From contig JBHGNT010000020.1 in NCBI GenBank assembly GCA_043228905.1, forward strand, positions 3,720,001 to 3,784,000: a stretch of DNA of 64,000 nt, given 5' to 3'. Shown piece by piece: positions 1-13,045 of this stretch. The DNA is from Azolla caroliniana. Lineage: Eukaryota; Plantae; Polypodiophyta. Both the position numbers and the translations under genes were made by a program. The notes under the pieces are model-generated. The model saw nothing but the letters and a program-made list of their open reading frames with translations. It did not search any database and was not told the origin of the DNA. How positions within the stretch are numbered: the stretch's first letter is position 1; each line of letters begins with the position of its first letter.

Positions 1-74
1 ATCTGATACATCACATACCAAGTTGGCATCGGTGTAACCGACTAGCTTTTCAGTTATACCGTGTCGGTATAATA

Positions 75-762
75 TGTTGGGAGACAGGTCCCTCCGGATG
101 GGAAGAGTGAAGAACAGTGCCGATGAACAAACTCGGCCGAGGCCGAAACTGGATGAGGAGTACCCGGCTACGGAGAGCCGAATGGTGCAGACCCGGTGAG
201 AACCGGATGAGGAGTACCCGGCTACGGAGAGCCGGATGACGCAGACCCGGTGAGAACCGGATGAGGAGTACCCGGCTACGGAGAGCCGGATGGTGCAGAC
301 CCGGTGAGAACCGGATGAAGAGACATATTTGTAAATATGTTTCTGAGAGTCCATCGAGGCTATATTTGTAAATAGCCGAAAAGTCATATTAGTATAAATA
401 TGACTTAGGGCAAACTTTTAGATATAGTTGTTGTTGTCATCTCTTGTTGGAAAGAATCAGAGAGAGCGCGTAACTGTGTATAGAGAGAGAGAGAGAAAGA
501 GGTCGTTGCCTCTGTTGTAACCGCCGCCTGTGGCGAAGATCGTGAGCACGAGGTCGTTGCCTCCGTGAACTCGTTGTTTGTACATTCCTAACATAGTGAT
601 AGTTTGCAGCCTATGGGCTGCCATGGTTTTTCCCTTAGTCTGGGTTTTTCCTGTGTACTCTTCTCCTCTTTGTGTCGTGCGTTTCATTTCTCGTTTTCTG
701 TGTATGATTCTAAGCTCAGTTGTGGCCGAGCATTGCGTATAAGGAGCGTTGAGTTCCCGTCA
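75..762 (+). mobile_element. Solo LTR of the Copia E family
   Basis: TG...CA termini; TAATA TSD at 70-74 and 763-767; homologous to the reverse complement of LTRs 19128-19951 and 39440-40270; three 54-bp repeat units. Confidence 0.92.
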
Positions 763-1004
763 TAATAGTGCCCGGTCCTTAGTGCTGCTAACATACCTGA
801 GTATTCGGTGCACACACTAAAGATGCTCCACGATCGACTTCTGCATAAACTATCTTATCATCCCAACCGGATAGCTGATGTCAGGGCAGGTGATTGTTAA
901 GTAGATAAGGCTTCTGACAATTTGTCGGAACCATCTCTCATTGCAGGTTGGTTTAGAGTCGGCACGAAGCTTCTGGTTCCAGTCTAGGGGTGTGGAGACT
1001 GGTT

Positions 1005-4000
1005 GGCACAGACAAAATAGTAGTGCACCTCAATGTGCTTGGTCCGTGCGTGGAAGACGGGGTTCTTCGCGAGCTAGATGCTACTGAGGTTGTCGTAGTA
1101 GATCGTCATCGGATCGGACACCTCCACATGCAGATCGTTAACCATATGGCTTCGCATGTCCCGACAACCGCTCCTCTATACTGGGCTTCGGTGCTCGACA
1201 GTGCAACTGTCGACTGCTTCTTGCTACTCCACGCTATCGCAGCACTCCCAAGAGAGAACGCGTATCCGGACGTGGATTGGCGATCGGCGGCGTTGCCAGC
1301 CCAATCAGCATCGGTGTAGCCGACCAACTGCGGGGCTAGACCGGTCCGAAATAGTAGTCCCCAGTCCTTAGTGCCGCTTACGTACCGCAGTACGTGTTGC
1401 GCACACTGAAGGTGCTCCTCGGTAGGTCGCACCATAAATTGACTGATCACCCCGACCGGATAACTGAGATCGGGTCGGGTGATTGTCAAGTAGATAAGGC
1501 TTCCGACAATTTGTCAGAACCTCGTCGGGTCGCATACCTCTCCGGAATTGGGGCGAAGCTTGACGGTTCTATCTAGAGGAGTCGTGACGGATTTATAGTC
1601 TGCCATCCCGAATTTGAAGAGCATATTCAGCGTGTAGTGACGTTGGCTAATCAATATGCCTTCGGGGGTGCGGAAGTAATGAAGGTCCTCCAAATCCTTC
1701 ATGTCGAATGATGCCGCAAGCTGGAGCTTCACGCGGTCGATTTCACTTAGGTCGGCGCCGGTGATGACCAAGTCATCAACATATAGTAAAATACTAACCG
1801 ACCCAAGTCGACCTTTCTGGATGAACAGGGAAGAGTCCGATTTTGACGTTGCAAAGCCCATCCGACGCAGTTGCTGCGTGATCTTCGCGTTCCAGGCACG
1901 CGGGGATTGCTTCAGTTCGTAAAGGGACTTCTTCAATCGGCACACTGCTGAAGTGTTCGTTCCAGAGTGAAACCCGGGGGGCTGTACCATGTACACCTGT
2001 TCCTCAAGATCACCTTGCAGGAACACATTCTTTACATCCATCTGATGTAAGTGCCACCCCTTCGCCGCAGCTACCGTGAGAAAAACACGGACGGTCGTCA
2101 TCTTCGCGACCGGCGCAAACGTCTCATCGTAGTCGATGCCGTGTGTCTGCGCGTAGCCTTTTACCACTAACCGGGCCTTGTATCGGTTGACCGAGCTGTC
2201 GGTGTTGTACTTGACCTTGTACACCCATCTACATCCGATCGACTTCACACCCTTTGGTGCGTCAACCAAGTCCCAGGTCTTGTTTTCCGCCAATGCATGC
2301 ATCTCTACCTTCATCGCGGCGCGCCAATTCACATCCTTAGCCACTTTTGCGTAGCTCTCCGGTTCACGCATTTCCGCTACACGGGTCATGTACGCATAAT
2401 GATGCGCCATGTACTCGTTGTATCCAAACCGCACAACTGGGTTCTTTTGGCGGGTAGATCGGCGTAATCGGTCATTAGCCGATATCGAGGCTTCTTGGCC
2501 GACGCAGACTTCTCTCTTGAAGACCCGTCACCGCTTCCCTCGGAGTCGGACTCGTGTCAGTCTGACTCGTTTCTATCCATGCCGGAATCCGACACCTTCT
2601 TCTTCCCTTTCTCTTTGCGCGTAAGGCGTCTCCTCGGCTTCCTGCGTGGGGAATGCACGGCCGAGTCTCCACTACTTGCCGGCTCTTCATCGGACTGGTC
2701 GTACCGACTCAGTTGTTCGTTCGGTCCACTTATCCGAAACGATATCGGACTCTCTTCGCCGGTCCCGATTTCAGGCTCATCCAGAGGCATCTCGGCATCG
2801 CTGACCTCATCGTCAGAACTCGTATTGGAGGTGAGGTTTGGAGTCGGAGGCAAGTACCACGACGCGGACTCATCAAATACAACGTCGCGGCTCACGCGCG
2901 CTTGTTTAGTGCACGGGTTATAACACTTATAACCCTTCTGCTCGTCCGAGTAACCGACCAAGATACATTTCTCGGCCTTTGTGTCGGGCTTCCTCCGTTT
3001 CTCCTTCGGCACATGCACATACGCAATGCTACCGAAAACTCTCAAGTGTCGCAAGTTCAGCTTCGTTCCGAAGTATAGCTCGTGCGTCGACACTTTGTCT
3101 CCGATCCGGTTCTGGATGTATACCGCGGTCCTTACCACCTCAGCCTAGTAGAACTTGGGCAAGCTCTTTTCTTCTAGCATTGCCCGTGCCGCTTCCACAA
3201 CCGACCGATTTTTCCTCTCGGCCACACTGTTTTGCTCCGGCGTGTATCTACAACTGAATTCGCGCTGAATTCCCATCTGTTGTAGAGAACAGTTGAATTG
3301 ACCGGAAAAGTATTCTTTTCCGCCATCCAACCGCAGACACTTGATCTTTCTTCCTATTTCCGTTTCCACGAACCCTTTGAGGTCCCGGAAACAGTCGAAG
3401 ACTTCGCTCTTCCTCTCGATAAGGTAGATCCATGTGTGCCGCGCGTAGTCGTCAATGAAGGAGACGAAATATCGGCTCCGACCAAGGCTAATGTTTTGAG
3501 TTGGCCCCCACACATCAGAGTGTATCACGTCGAGCTTGTTCCGGCTCCGGTTACGCTCGTTGGGGAAGGGAAGTCGGTGTTGCTTCCCAAGCTGGCAGGC
3601 TTCACAAATTTGTACCTTCCAACCACTAAATTTGGGCAATCCGAACACCACTTGTTTCGATTGCAGGTCTTGAAGCCGCTGGTAGTTGACGTGGCCTATC
3701 CTCTTGTGCCATAAGTCGATGTCTGACTCGACTTTTTGTCCCTTCGCGAACATTGCGGTGCCACCATCAGTAGAGTCAAGGATGAACATCCTCCCATCTC
3801 TATGCCCTTGCGCAATAATACGACCTTCTTCCTCAATGAAGCACCCGAGGTGTGTAAACCGAACCTGCATCCCCTAGTCGACGATCTGCCCGACCGACAC
3901 CAAATTCTTCGTGATGGTCGGGACGTGTAACACGTTCATAAGTTTCCCTTTTTGCCCAACATGGCTCAAGGGAACTTCACTGACATTCGCAATCAGATGC

Positions 4001-5120
4001 AGAGTGTCATCTCCGGTTGCGACTACTCCTGGTTGCGTCAGTTTCTCAAGGTATGAGAACCACTCCTTGTGGCACGTCATGTGGTTTGACACGCCGGAGT
4101 CGACGTACCACACCTCCTCCAACTTCGGGGTGATCTTCTTCATAGAGTTTGCTTCGTGTCTTGTCACGAAGATTGACCCTTTTCCGACTTTTCCGGATCC
4201 TTCGGCGTAGTGCGTTCGCTGCCGGTTTCCTTTGTTGGTATGTCCGGAACCAGATCTGGAACCGGTCCTCTCCGACTCGGCACGCTTTTTCCAGCACTCG
4301 CTCTCCCTATGGCCTTTCTTGCCACAGTACCAACATTCCGCGACGGATTTCCCTTGCCGGATCTCGTCACCCTGACTCCCCCTATTTCTGGAGGGTCCGA
4401 AATTGCTGTCGGCATCACTTTGGTGCCTTCTACCTTGATCCCGTCGGCCACCTCCATTGCGTACCAACTCACCTCGTCCGCCACGACCACGAGGCCTATC
4501 TCCCTCCGTGTACAACATCTTTCTGTCGGTGCGCGTGCTCATTGACTCACCCGCGTGATTCTCCTCTACCAGGAGCATCGACTGTAAGTCGCAAAAGGAT
4601 GACGTATTCTCCCGGGTACACACAATAGTTCAGAATGCCCCGAACTTCGACGCCAAACCCCCGAGACAGACCTGGACCATCTCGCTTTCCTCGATGTTCA
4701 CATCGATGGAAGCTAAGGAGTTGCATATGTCCTTAATCCTCGAGGTATAGTCAGCCACCGACAAATTGCGTTGCCGTAGGTTGCTCAACTCCTGTCGGAG
4801 CTGAAGCTTCCTAGCTGTGGTGCTCGTGGTGAAAATCTTCTTCAGATTTTCCCACGCACCCTTTGGCGTTTTTGCATCCCGAACGTAGCTTAATAGCTGT
4901 TCACCCACACAAGACGCGAAACAATACAACACTCTGCTCGCCGATTGTTCCCACGCCGGGAAGTCTTTGTGTGTCGAATCGGGTGCTATGTCATTTGCAC
5001 CATCGAAATAGCTCCAGTAACCGTGTCCGAGCAGGTACTGGTGCATCTTGTAAGACTAAGACGCGTAGTTGTTTCTGTTGAGCTTCTTCGTCGAAAGCGA
5101 GCTAGCCATTCCTCTGTCCA
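1005..5120 (-). pseudogene. gag-pol: Copia A gag-pol pseudogene
   Basis: CWYCGKKGHRESEC zinc knuckle, WYVDSG protease, HSDVWGP/FIDDY integrase, YKARLV and LYVDDL RT, GYTDADWAG RNase H; several in-frame stops plus frameshifts. Confidence 0.92.
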
Positions 5121-5203
5121 TCGGTTTTCTTGTTCTTCTTCGTTGGTTTTTCCTTCAAGCAAAGTCGGTTGCAGAGGTTCTCAACCCTCGCGCTCTGATA
5201 CCA

Positions 5204-5642
5204 TGAAAAGAATGTCGTGCGGAAGCAATATAGGAGACTGAACAACAGAAGACGCAGGTTTAATTGAAAGCTTAGGTTTGCATAGTACGCACGGGAGAGA
5301 CAGAGAGAGAGACAGAGTAAGCACAAGAACTTAATTCAAAAATAATACTCAATCTGTACATAGGATGTGCTTAGTGAGCACTTTTATACAAGCCCTGACA
5401 ATCGGGCTGACACACGTACTGACAGTACTTGACTGCTCATAAATGAGCCTTGACACTTACTCCCAAAACTATTCCTTACGAGGAATATCTTTCTAACGAC
5501 CTTTCGATCTACGCACTGATACGGCCTCTCGTTACACACTGGTTTGCGTACCGGTTTACGCATCCATTTTACGCACCAGTCCGGCCTAACCGATCGGTCC
5601 CAACCGATCCGATCCGGCCGATGTTGAGCTTGTCTCTCAACA
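5204..5642 (-). repeat. 5' LTR of Copia A
   Basis: TG/CA ends, adjacent Met PBS; starts TGTTGAGAGACAAGCTCAACATCGG like 60785. Confidence 0.9.
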
Positions 5643-6466
5643 CTCTTGTTTGGCCCGTTCAACCGAAATGATATCGGACTCTCATCTAGAATACCGAACT
5701 CTTCTTCCTCTTATGCGCGGATTGTTTTTGGCTCAGTGGCCTCATCTTCCGGAATCGGGTCGGAGTCGGAGGTCAGAGTCGGTAGAGAATACCAATATGC
5801 CGACTCATCAAATTCGACATCTCGACTTACTCGCACTTGTTTAGTCTAGGCGTTGTAGCACTTATACCCCTTTTGCTCATGAGAGTAGCCGACTAGAATG
5901 CACTTCTCCAACATCGGATCAACTTCCTCCTCTTCTCATCCAGTACATGCACATAGGCTATGCTACCGAATAACCTGAGGTGTCTTAAGTTCAGCTTCTG
6001 CCCGAAATACAGCTCGTGTGCTGACACTTTGATCCGGTTTTAAATGTAGACGGCCGTTCGGATCGCTTCGGCCCAGTAGAACTTTGCCATGCTCTTCTCT
6101 TCCAGCATTGCATGTGCCGCCTGGACGACCGACCGATTCTTTTCTACTGCTGTACCGCCTCAACAATCCATGTGTGCCAATTGTAGTCGTCGATGACGGA
6201 GACAAAATATCGGCTCCCACCAAGACTAACGTTTTGTGCTGGTCCCCATAGATTTGAATGTATTAAGTCGAGCTTGTTATGGCTCTAGTTTCTTTCGGTG
6301 GGGAATGGAAGTCGATGTTGCTTCCCGAGTTGGAAGGCTTAAGAAATTTGGGCTTTCCGGCCACTAAATTTCGGCAGTCCGAACACAACCTGTTTCGATT
6401 GCAAGTCTTGAAGCCTTTGGTAATTGACGTGGCCAATCCGCTTATGCCACATGTTGATATCCGACT

Positions 6467-7044
6467 TGATGCGGAATAGAGCTCGGCCACAACCGTGTCT
6501 TAATCACTCAATGGAAGAAGCAAAACAGGAATGAAGATTAGTGCACTTACACAGTATGAGACGACACTGAATGTTTATGTGGATAACCCTGATAGGGAAA
6601 AAACCACAGGAGCCCACAGACTCCAACTATCACTATGAGAAGAAAAAGGTTACAATGCGAGACTCAGAGGGAACGACCTCAAGCTCTATGCCTTCGCTAA
6701 CTGGCGGTTACAACAAAAAATACTTTCTATATCTCTCTGTCTCTCTCTGTCTCTCTACACTTTGTACAACAATAATGACAACTACTACAAACACAATTAC
6801 CCTAGTTATATTTATGCTTATATAACTGTAGGGCTATTTACAAATATGACCTCAACGGTCACGTTTGAACATATTTACTAATGTGTTCTTATTTGTTGGT
6901 TCATACCGGATCTGGCCGGACTCCTTCCGGTTCCATCCGATCCGGTATCCGGATACCTTCCGAACCCATCCGGTCTGGTTCCTTCCTTCGGCTTGTCCGA
7001 TATGGCTCATTTGGATCCCATCCTAGCGGACCTGATTCCCAACA
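6467..7044 (-). mobile_element. Solo-LTR-like insert related to Copia E-type LTRs (no clear TSD)
   Basis: TG start, ...CCCAACA end, shared GCTCGGCCACAACCG motif; interrupts the Copia B coding sequence. Confidence 0.65.
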
Positions 7045-7832
7045 CATCGGACCTTTTGCAAACAAAGCAGTGTCGGCATCATTGGTGTCGAGGATAAACA
7101 TCCTCCCGTCCCTACGAACTTGTGCGATTATCTGGCCTTCTTCCTCGATGAAGCACCCCAGATGCGTAAACCGTACCTGCATCCCCTGATCGACGATCTT
7201 TCCGGCCGACACCAGGTTCTTCGTAAATGTTGGAACATGTAGTACGTTCATCAACTTTCCCTTTTGTCTGACATGACTCAAAGGGACTTCTCTGAAATGC
7301 TCTATCGGGTGAGGAGTGTTGTCTCCAGTTTCAACAACTCCCGGTTGCTCCGGGTTTTCCAAATATGAGAACCACTCTTTTTGGCTCATCATGTGGTTCA
7401 ATGCTCCACAGTCAAAATACCACACTTCCTCCGATCTGGAAGTGATCTTCTTCATCGAGTTCACCTTGTGTTTCATCACAAAGGCTGGCCCTTTTTTGGT
7501 CTTTCCGGTTCCGGATCCTTCTGATCCTTTGGCGTAGCGTGAGCTTTGCTGGTTCCCTTGTCCGGTCTTGTCGGATCCGGATTTATCCGAATCAGTGCGT
7601 TTCTTCCAACACTCGCTCTTTGAGTGGCCTTTCTTGCATAAGTACGGGCATTCCGTATCGGCTTTCGATTGCCGATTTCTAGCGCCTCCTTGACTCCCCC
7701 TGCTCATGGAGGGTCCAGAACTCCTGTCGACACTATCTTTGTGCCTTTGGCTCTGCTCTTCCCGGCTGCCGCTATTGCGTGCCGTCCCACCTCGTCCCCC
7801 ACGCCCACGGGACCGATCCGCCTTGGAGTACA

Positions 7833-8288
7833 TGTTACCCGGACCCGGACAGTCAGTTTTACCGAACAAGTGGGAAAGCGTCGAAAACGGAGTCGGTTCG
7901 GATCGACTGTTCGGATCAATGACTCGGCAGTGAACGAAGAGAACTAAGTTAGTTAGATAATTTTGTAATTCTTGATAGTAAGTAGGAATAGTTCTTGATG
8001 AGAAAAGACCTTCGGTATACCTATAAAAGGGAACCGACGGCATTGTAAGAAAGGTCGTTTATTTAGTAATATAAGTTTAAGTTAGGAATATCATGTACGG
8101 ATTCTGTGTTCTTTCTATTGTCTATGTTGTTAAGTGCAATCTTCCTAATTTATAACTAAGTAACGATCACGGTAATTACCGATTAATATAGTATAATTAC
8201 GTTCGTAAAACACAATTCCTTGTTAGAACGTTGAGTAGCGACGTTCACTCTTCTGTATCGGTAGTAGTTAGTAATTAGCTGATTAACA
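7833..8288 (+). mobile_element. Solo LTR of the Gypsy C family (456 bp)
   Basis: Near-identical to 23850-24305 and 38796-39251; GTACA TSD at 7828-7832 and 8289-8293. Confidence 0.95.
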
Positions 8289-8969
8289 GTACAGTATCCG
8301 GTTGTCCGATTGAGTGGTCCTCGACCCACTCGTGTGGTTTTCTTTGACCATCAACATCAATTGTAGGTCAAATAAGGATGATGGCTTCTCCTGGGTGCAA
8401 ATCGTTGTCCGGATTGGCCCGTACGGATGTGCTAGACCACGGAGGTAGATCTCGACCATCTCATCTTTGTCCACCGTCATGTTGATGGAACCTAGTGCGT
8501 CGCATATCTCCTTGATCTTGGTGGTGTAGTCGGTAACCGACATGTCCCTTTGCGGGATGTTGTTGAGGTCTTGATGGAGCTTCAACTTCCGAGCCGTGGT
8601 GCTAGCGGTGAAAATCTTCTTCAGATTTTCCCAGGCTTCTTTCGCGTCTCTGATGTGCTGGTCATGCACACAGGATGTGAGGCGGTATAACACCTTGCTC
8701 GCTCCTTGTTCCCACGATGGGAAGTCCTTGTGTGTCAGCTCCGATGCCACTTTGTTTGCTCCATCGACATAACTCCAATACCCGTGTCCCAATAGGTACT
8801 GGTGCATCTTGTACAACCAAAATGCATAGTTGTTCCGTCGAGCTTTTCAGTCAAACTCGAGCTTGCCATCCCTCTATCCATTTCTTTTCTTACCAGAAAT
8901 TAGATTTCCTCTGTTTCAAAAGCACTTGTCGGCAACAGAGGATGTTCTAACCCTCTCGCTCTGATACCA

Positions 8970-9411
8970 TGTAAAGAAATGTGTGCGGAAGCTTGTATAC
9001 TTCACCGACTTCACCAGATATTAACATAACTATTGTGCAGGTTTTAATGGAAGCTGCAATCACACAGAGAGAGTATGGGGAAGACAGACAGAGCAAAACA
9101 GTAAAGACTATTACAAAAATACTCAAAGGCTCTATACATACTATGCAAGTCCATAAAGGACTGACAGAAGTATTGACAGAAGTACTAACAAGTACTTCAA
9201 TGCTCGTACAGAGCATCAGACGCAGACTCCCAAAAATATGTCTACGTACTAGGTTAGAGTTGTAGGCCTCTAACGGCCTACCGGTTACAATCTGATCCGG
9301 ATTATGATCTGGCTCTCCAATCTGGCTCTTGGTTCCGGACTCGTGCCAGACTCCGATCCGGCTCTGGCTTAGTCAACCAATCCAAATCCGGTTGAGCTTG
9401 TCCGCGCAATA
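8970..9411 (-). repeat. 5' LTR of Copia B
   Basis: Adjacent Met PBS; similar to the Copia A LTR ends. Confidence 0.7.
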
Positions 9412-9579
9412 GAGACTTTGTGCTTCAATGTATGAATACCCCATCGTTGGAAGGAGACACATCTCACCCCATAGGTTAAAATTGGCCTCTTTATGGACGA
9501 TAAAAATTCTAATTCTAACCCAATACCAAATTCATCATTTAAGCCTCAAAACTAAACATTGTTAAGCATTTAACACTCA

Positions 9580-11050
9580 CTAACAACGCCTCGGTGAAGT
9601 CGGTGCAATCCCTCCGAAGGTGGCCGACTCTGTCGCACCACATGCACCTTGGGTCATTTGGCGAGCACCGATCACCCGATTGGCCTCCGCTTTCTCTCCG
9701 GGCCTGAGCAATCTAGAGATCACGAACAATCTTCGTGAGTTCCTCCAATGTTGTGCTGCCGACAATGTTAGCTAGAGTTAGGCCTGACTTGAACCTTCAA
9801 CTCGTCTCGTCCGACTGAGTCGGCATTTCTCATGTCATCCTCCAGGTAGTCGGCCCAACCAACAACGACCCTACATTGTTCGATTTGCGCCATTTGTTGA
9901 AATTGCTGTAGACTCGCTTTACGACGACCCCGTTGGTCGTGAGCCCGTCATCCGTCTCGAATAGGAGACAAACTTTCTCCCAGTCAAGTGGATTAACCGA
10001 TTTGAGAAACAATAGGACCTTGCTCGTATCGAGCACGGTCTGGTCCAATGCAGACAACCACACGAATCGCTTCTCTAACTCTTGGAGAAGCGCTGATTTG
10101 TTCCTTCCTTTGCCAGGTGATTCGATCCATTCCATAAGCTCCTGTTTCGACATCCGGAGCAAGTCATCGATTTTGTACTTCTCGAGGAGTCATCCCTCGA
10201 GCTCCAGCCAGTGCTTATAGTCAGCTTGAATCTCGAGCACGTCCACGTGGATCTCGGTGTGACAACTCGCAAGAATCCGGACAACTGTTTGTCCTCCGGG
10301 ATGTCCCACATTAGCATTTTGGCCTTATAGGCCTCCAAGTAGGTCGAGACGTCTTTACCGTTGAATTGGCCCATCATGTCGACTGTCGTTTCTATGGTCC
10401 TATCGAAGCCATTCACTTTCTCCCAAGCATTCACCAAGCGGTCAACAACCACCATCATTGCTCCCACAACCTTGCTTCCCCTCATCTTGACTCCTTTGCC
10501 GCCCTGTTCACGTCGGATTCAACAAAGATGTCACGGATATCCGTGTGCACGTGTCGTATCGGGCAAGACCACCAGGGCCTTGAACCATGGAGTTCGAGGG
10601 AGACCACACACTTGCAGTGACTATCCGGCTTGGTTGACGGAGAGTTTCCCAGAGTACACGGGCTCAGAGATTCAAGTAGATACGTGACATGGACTGAAAC
10701 GGAAATGAGAATGCTGACCAAACGAGAGAGAGTCGGATATAGCAACATAGTAATAGATTAAATGAAAAAAATTACAACCGGACTTAGTCAGCAATAGAGC
10801 ACACCGAAAATGACAAGACAAAAACCGGAAACTCTGAGCTCAATCCGACAACACTCCCCTTCTAAAATGATCCCCTTCCTCTCTCTCTATCCTCTCCTTT
10901 TATAGCCCAAGGAGAGGCCGTTACATTAGTCATAAAGATAACCGTTTTTCTGTTAGAGAACTGCCCACGATATCTTCCCATCACTCACTTTCATTCCCCT
11001 CTTTTTGTGGGACATTAAAAGTACCTAACTACATTCTACCTTGTACTTAT
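9580..11050 (-). mobile_element. Old truncated fragment of an F/G-type Gypsy (LTR part, Trp PBS, gag N-terminus)
   Basis: Gag GQFNGKDVSTYLEAY...MEWIESPGKGRN is homologous to 17607 and 43109; degenerate PBS at 10508-10524; LTR edge at 10529; outer boundaries approximate. Confidence 0.7.
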
Positions 11051-11089
11051 TTACATTGTTTTTATACATAGACCGAATTCATGTGCATT

Positions 11090-12694
11090 CTTGCACACAT
11101 TCACATGCATCCGGAGAGATTTTCTCCTTGTAACTGGAATTCCCCATGACACCATGGTCTTCAGTTGTGTACAATGAGAAGCACATCCGATCGGGGGTAA
11201 GGTGAAACGACGCTCCAGAGTGGACCACCCACGTAGTTTCGCCACTGACAAAGTTTACCTCGATCTGATCACTGATGAGGAATAGTTCTTCTTCACTTGT
11301 TGCGATCGTTGAGGTGCCTTTACTATCCGGAATCTTCTTTGGCTTTGCACCATCAGCTCCCCATTTCTCTTTCCGGAAATGTCGGCAATTCTTTTGGAAG
11401 TGCCCCAGCTTCCCACAATAGAAGTAGGTGGGCTTCCTCCTCGACTTTGACCTCATCCCCGACTTCTCCAGATTCTAGGGACTTCTATTCCGGCCTCTCC
11501 CCCGGTTCATGTCACCTTTTGTGATTAAGGCCTTCAGTTAAGTAATGGACTATCTGTCCTTCCAGCGAGCTTCCTCATTCAACAAGCTCAACTTCACCAT
11601 CTCCAGGGATAAATGCTTCCCTTTCAGTCCGGCATTGCCGAATGTGACAAAGAGTGTCTCCTAGTTGTCTGGAAGAGATCCCAAGAATAGCAATGCTAAT
11701 ATCTCGTTGGCAAGAGTTACTTCCAGAGAGGTGGTTTGATTTATCAATCCTTGGAAGGCGTTCAGGTGCTTTGCCATGCTGGAGCTTTCCCGATACCGGA
11801 GACTCACAATCTTCCGGAATACTGAGACTTTGTTAACGACATTCTTGTTCTCAAACATAATGTCGATCTTCTTCCAAATGACATCCAACTTTGTCTCTTC
11901 CTTAAAGTTGTTATATAGACTCATGTCTATAAAACATCTTATATATGTCGTCTTCTTCATACGCATCACCTCCCAGATCGATGCATCAATCGTGTCTAGT
12001 TCATCATCTCCGAAATGCACCAGAAGCCAGAGGTCTCTACACACCAACATATCTCGCATCTTCGACTTCCACATTGAGTAGTTGGACCCGGTTAACTTGA
12101 ACATTCCACCAAGATGTTCGTCCATCTCGGTCTGATACCACTTTCATAGAATAGCTGGCCACAACCGATCAACACACATAAATGAGGAACACAAAGAACA
12201 GAAAATAGCGAGACACAATATTTAACGTGGAAAACCCTAAAAGGGAAAAACCATAGGAGTCCACTAACTCCAAAACAAATCACTATAGTAGGAGGAATAC
12301 AACAAGAGACTTTAATGCAACAACCTTAAGCTCCGAGTCGTCATCTAGGGATGGTAACAGAGTATGACACACTCTCTCTCACTCTCCTACACGCTAGTTA
12401 CAATGACAACAACAACTAATGATTTGTAGATGTATTTATACTAATACATATTATGGGCTATTTACAAATCGGGCCTAAATAGGCGCGATAAAACCTATTT
12501 ACAAATATGGCCATTTCTGGATGCGTCTTTAGAGCTGATCTGGCTCCGGCTTTGGTTTCCCTTCTACTTCAGATCTATTCGATCCGGCCCACGCACCTCC
12601 ATCCAGTGCTGACTCCTCCTTATCCAAGGCTAGCACTCCGGACTCCAATCCGGCTCATGCTTACTTTCCATCCATAGGGACCTATTTCCTAACA
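11090..12694 (-). mobile_element. 5' part of a degenerate Copia related to E (LTR ~12143-12694, Met PBS, gag/protease remnant)
   Basis: MDEHLGGMFKLTGSNYSMWKSKMRD; YFYCGKLGHFQKNC; PBS reverse complement CTGATACCA at 12132-12140. Confidence 0.75.
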
Positions 12695-13045
12695 TTGTTT
12701 GCTATACTTTGTGCCTGTGTTTTAAGAGTCTCTATGTTTACTCTGTGTTATAAGGAACCAGTCGGTTGTAGCCGGCTCACCCCATAGACTCTACAGAGAC
12801 ACCAACTCGATCCCAAACTATCGTAAGTGACCTTTTGGGCTCTATAGTAGAAGCTGTAACCTAATGTGTATTCCCAGTCCACGTTTCCTACCTCTTGGCC
12901 ACAAGACCTTCAATTGGATACTGAAGGAGCTAGTATTCGAACCCCCCCTGTTACAAGAAGGCAGTAACACTCCATTACTTTCTAGGGATAGAAGTAATTC
13001 GGACTCCAGTCGGCATCATGATCCCCCAATGACACTATTGTTGTT

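Larger units (their letters stand above)
1005..5642 (-). mobile_element. Ty1/copia element A, 3'-truncated (3' LTR missing)
   Basis: 5' LTR 5204-5642, tRNA-Met PBS 5191-5203, domain order gag-PR-IN-RT-RH; same family as Copia I at 60785. Confidence 0.9.
1..9411 (-). mobile_element. Degenerate Ty1/copia element B (host for Copia A and three solo LTRs; 3' end outside the window)
   Basis: RT/RNase H remnants 1-74 and 763-~1004; integrase remnants 5643-6466; gag/protease remnants 7045-7832 and 8289-8820; tRNA-Met PBS (reverse complement CGCTCTGATACCA, 8957-8969); 5' LTR 8970-9411. Confidence 0.75.

Noticed and set aside
6901-8043. 380-aa ORF as a novel gene
   Set aside because: Chimeric read-through of solo LTR, Copia B gag-protease and a second LTR
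12695-13045. Unassigned spacer (also 9412-9580) as possible host sequence
   Set aside because: No ORF, repeat or structure that I can support
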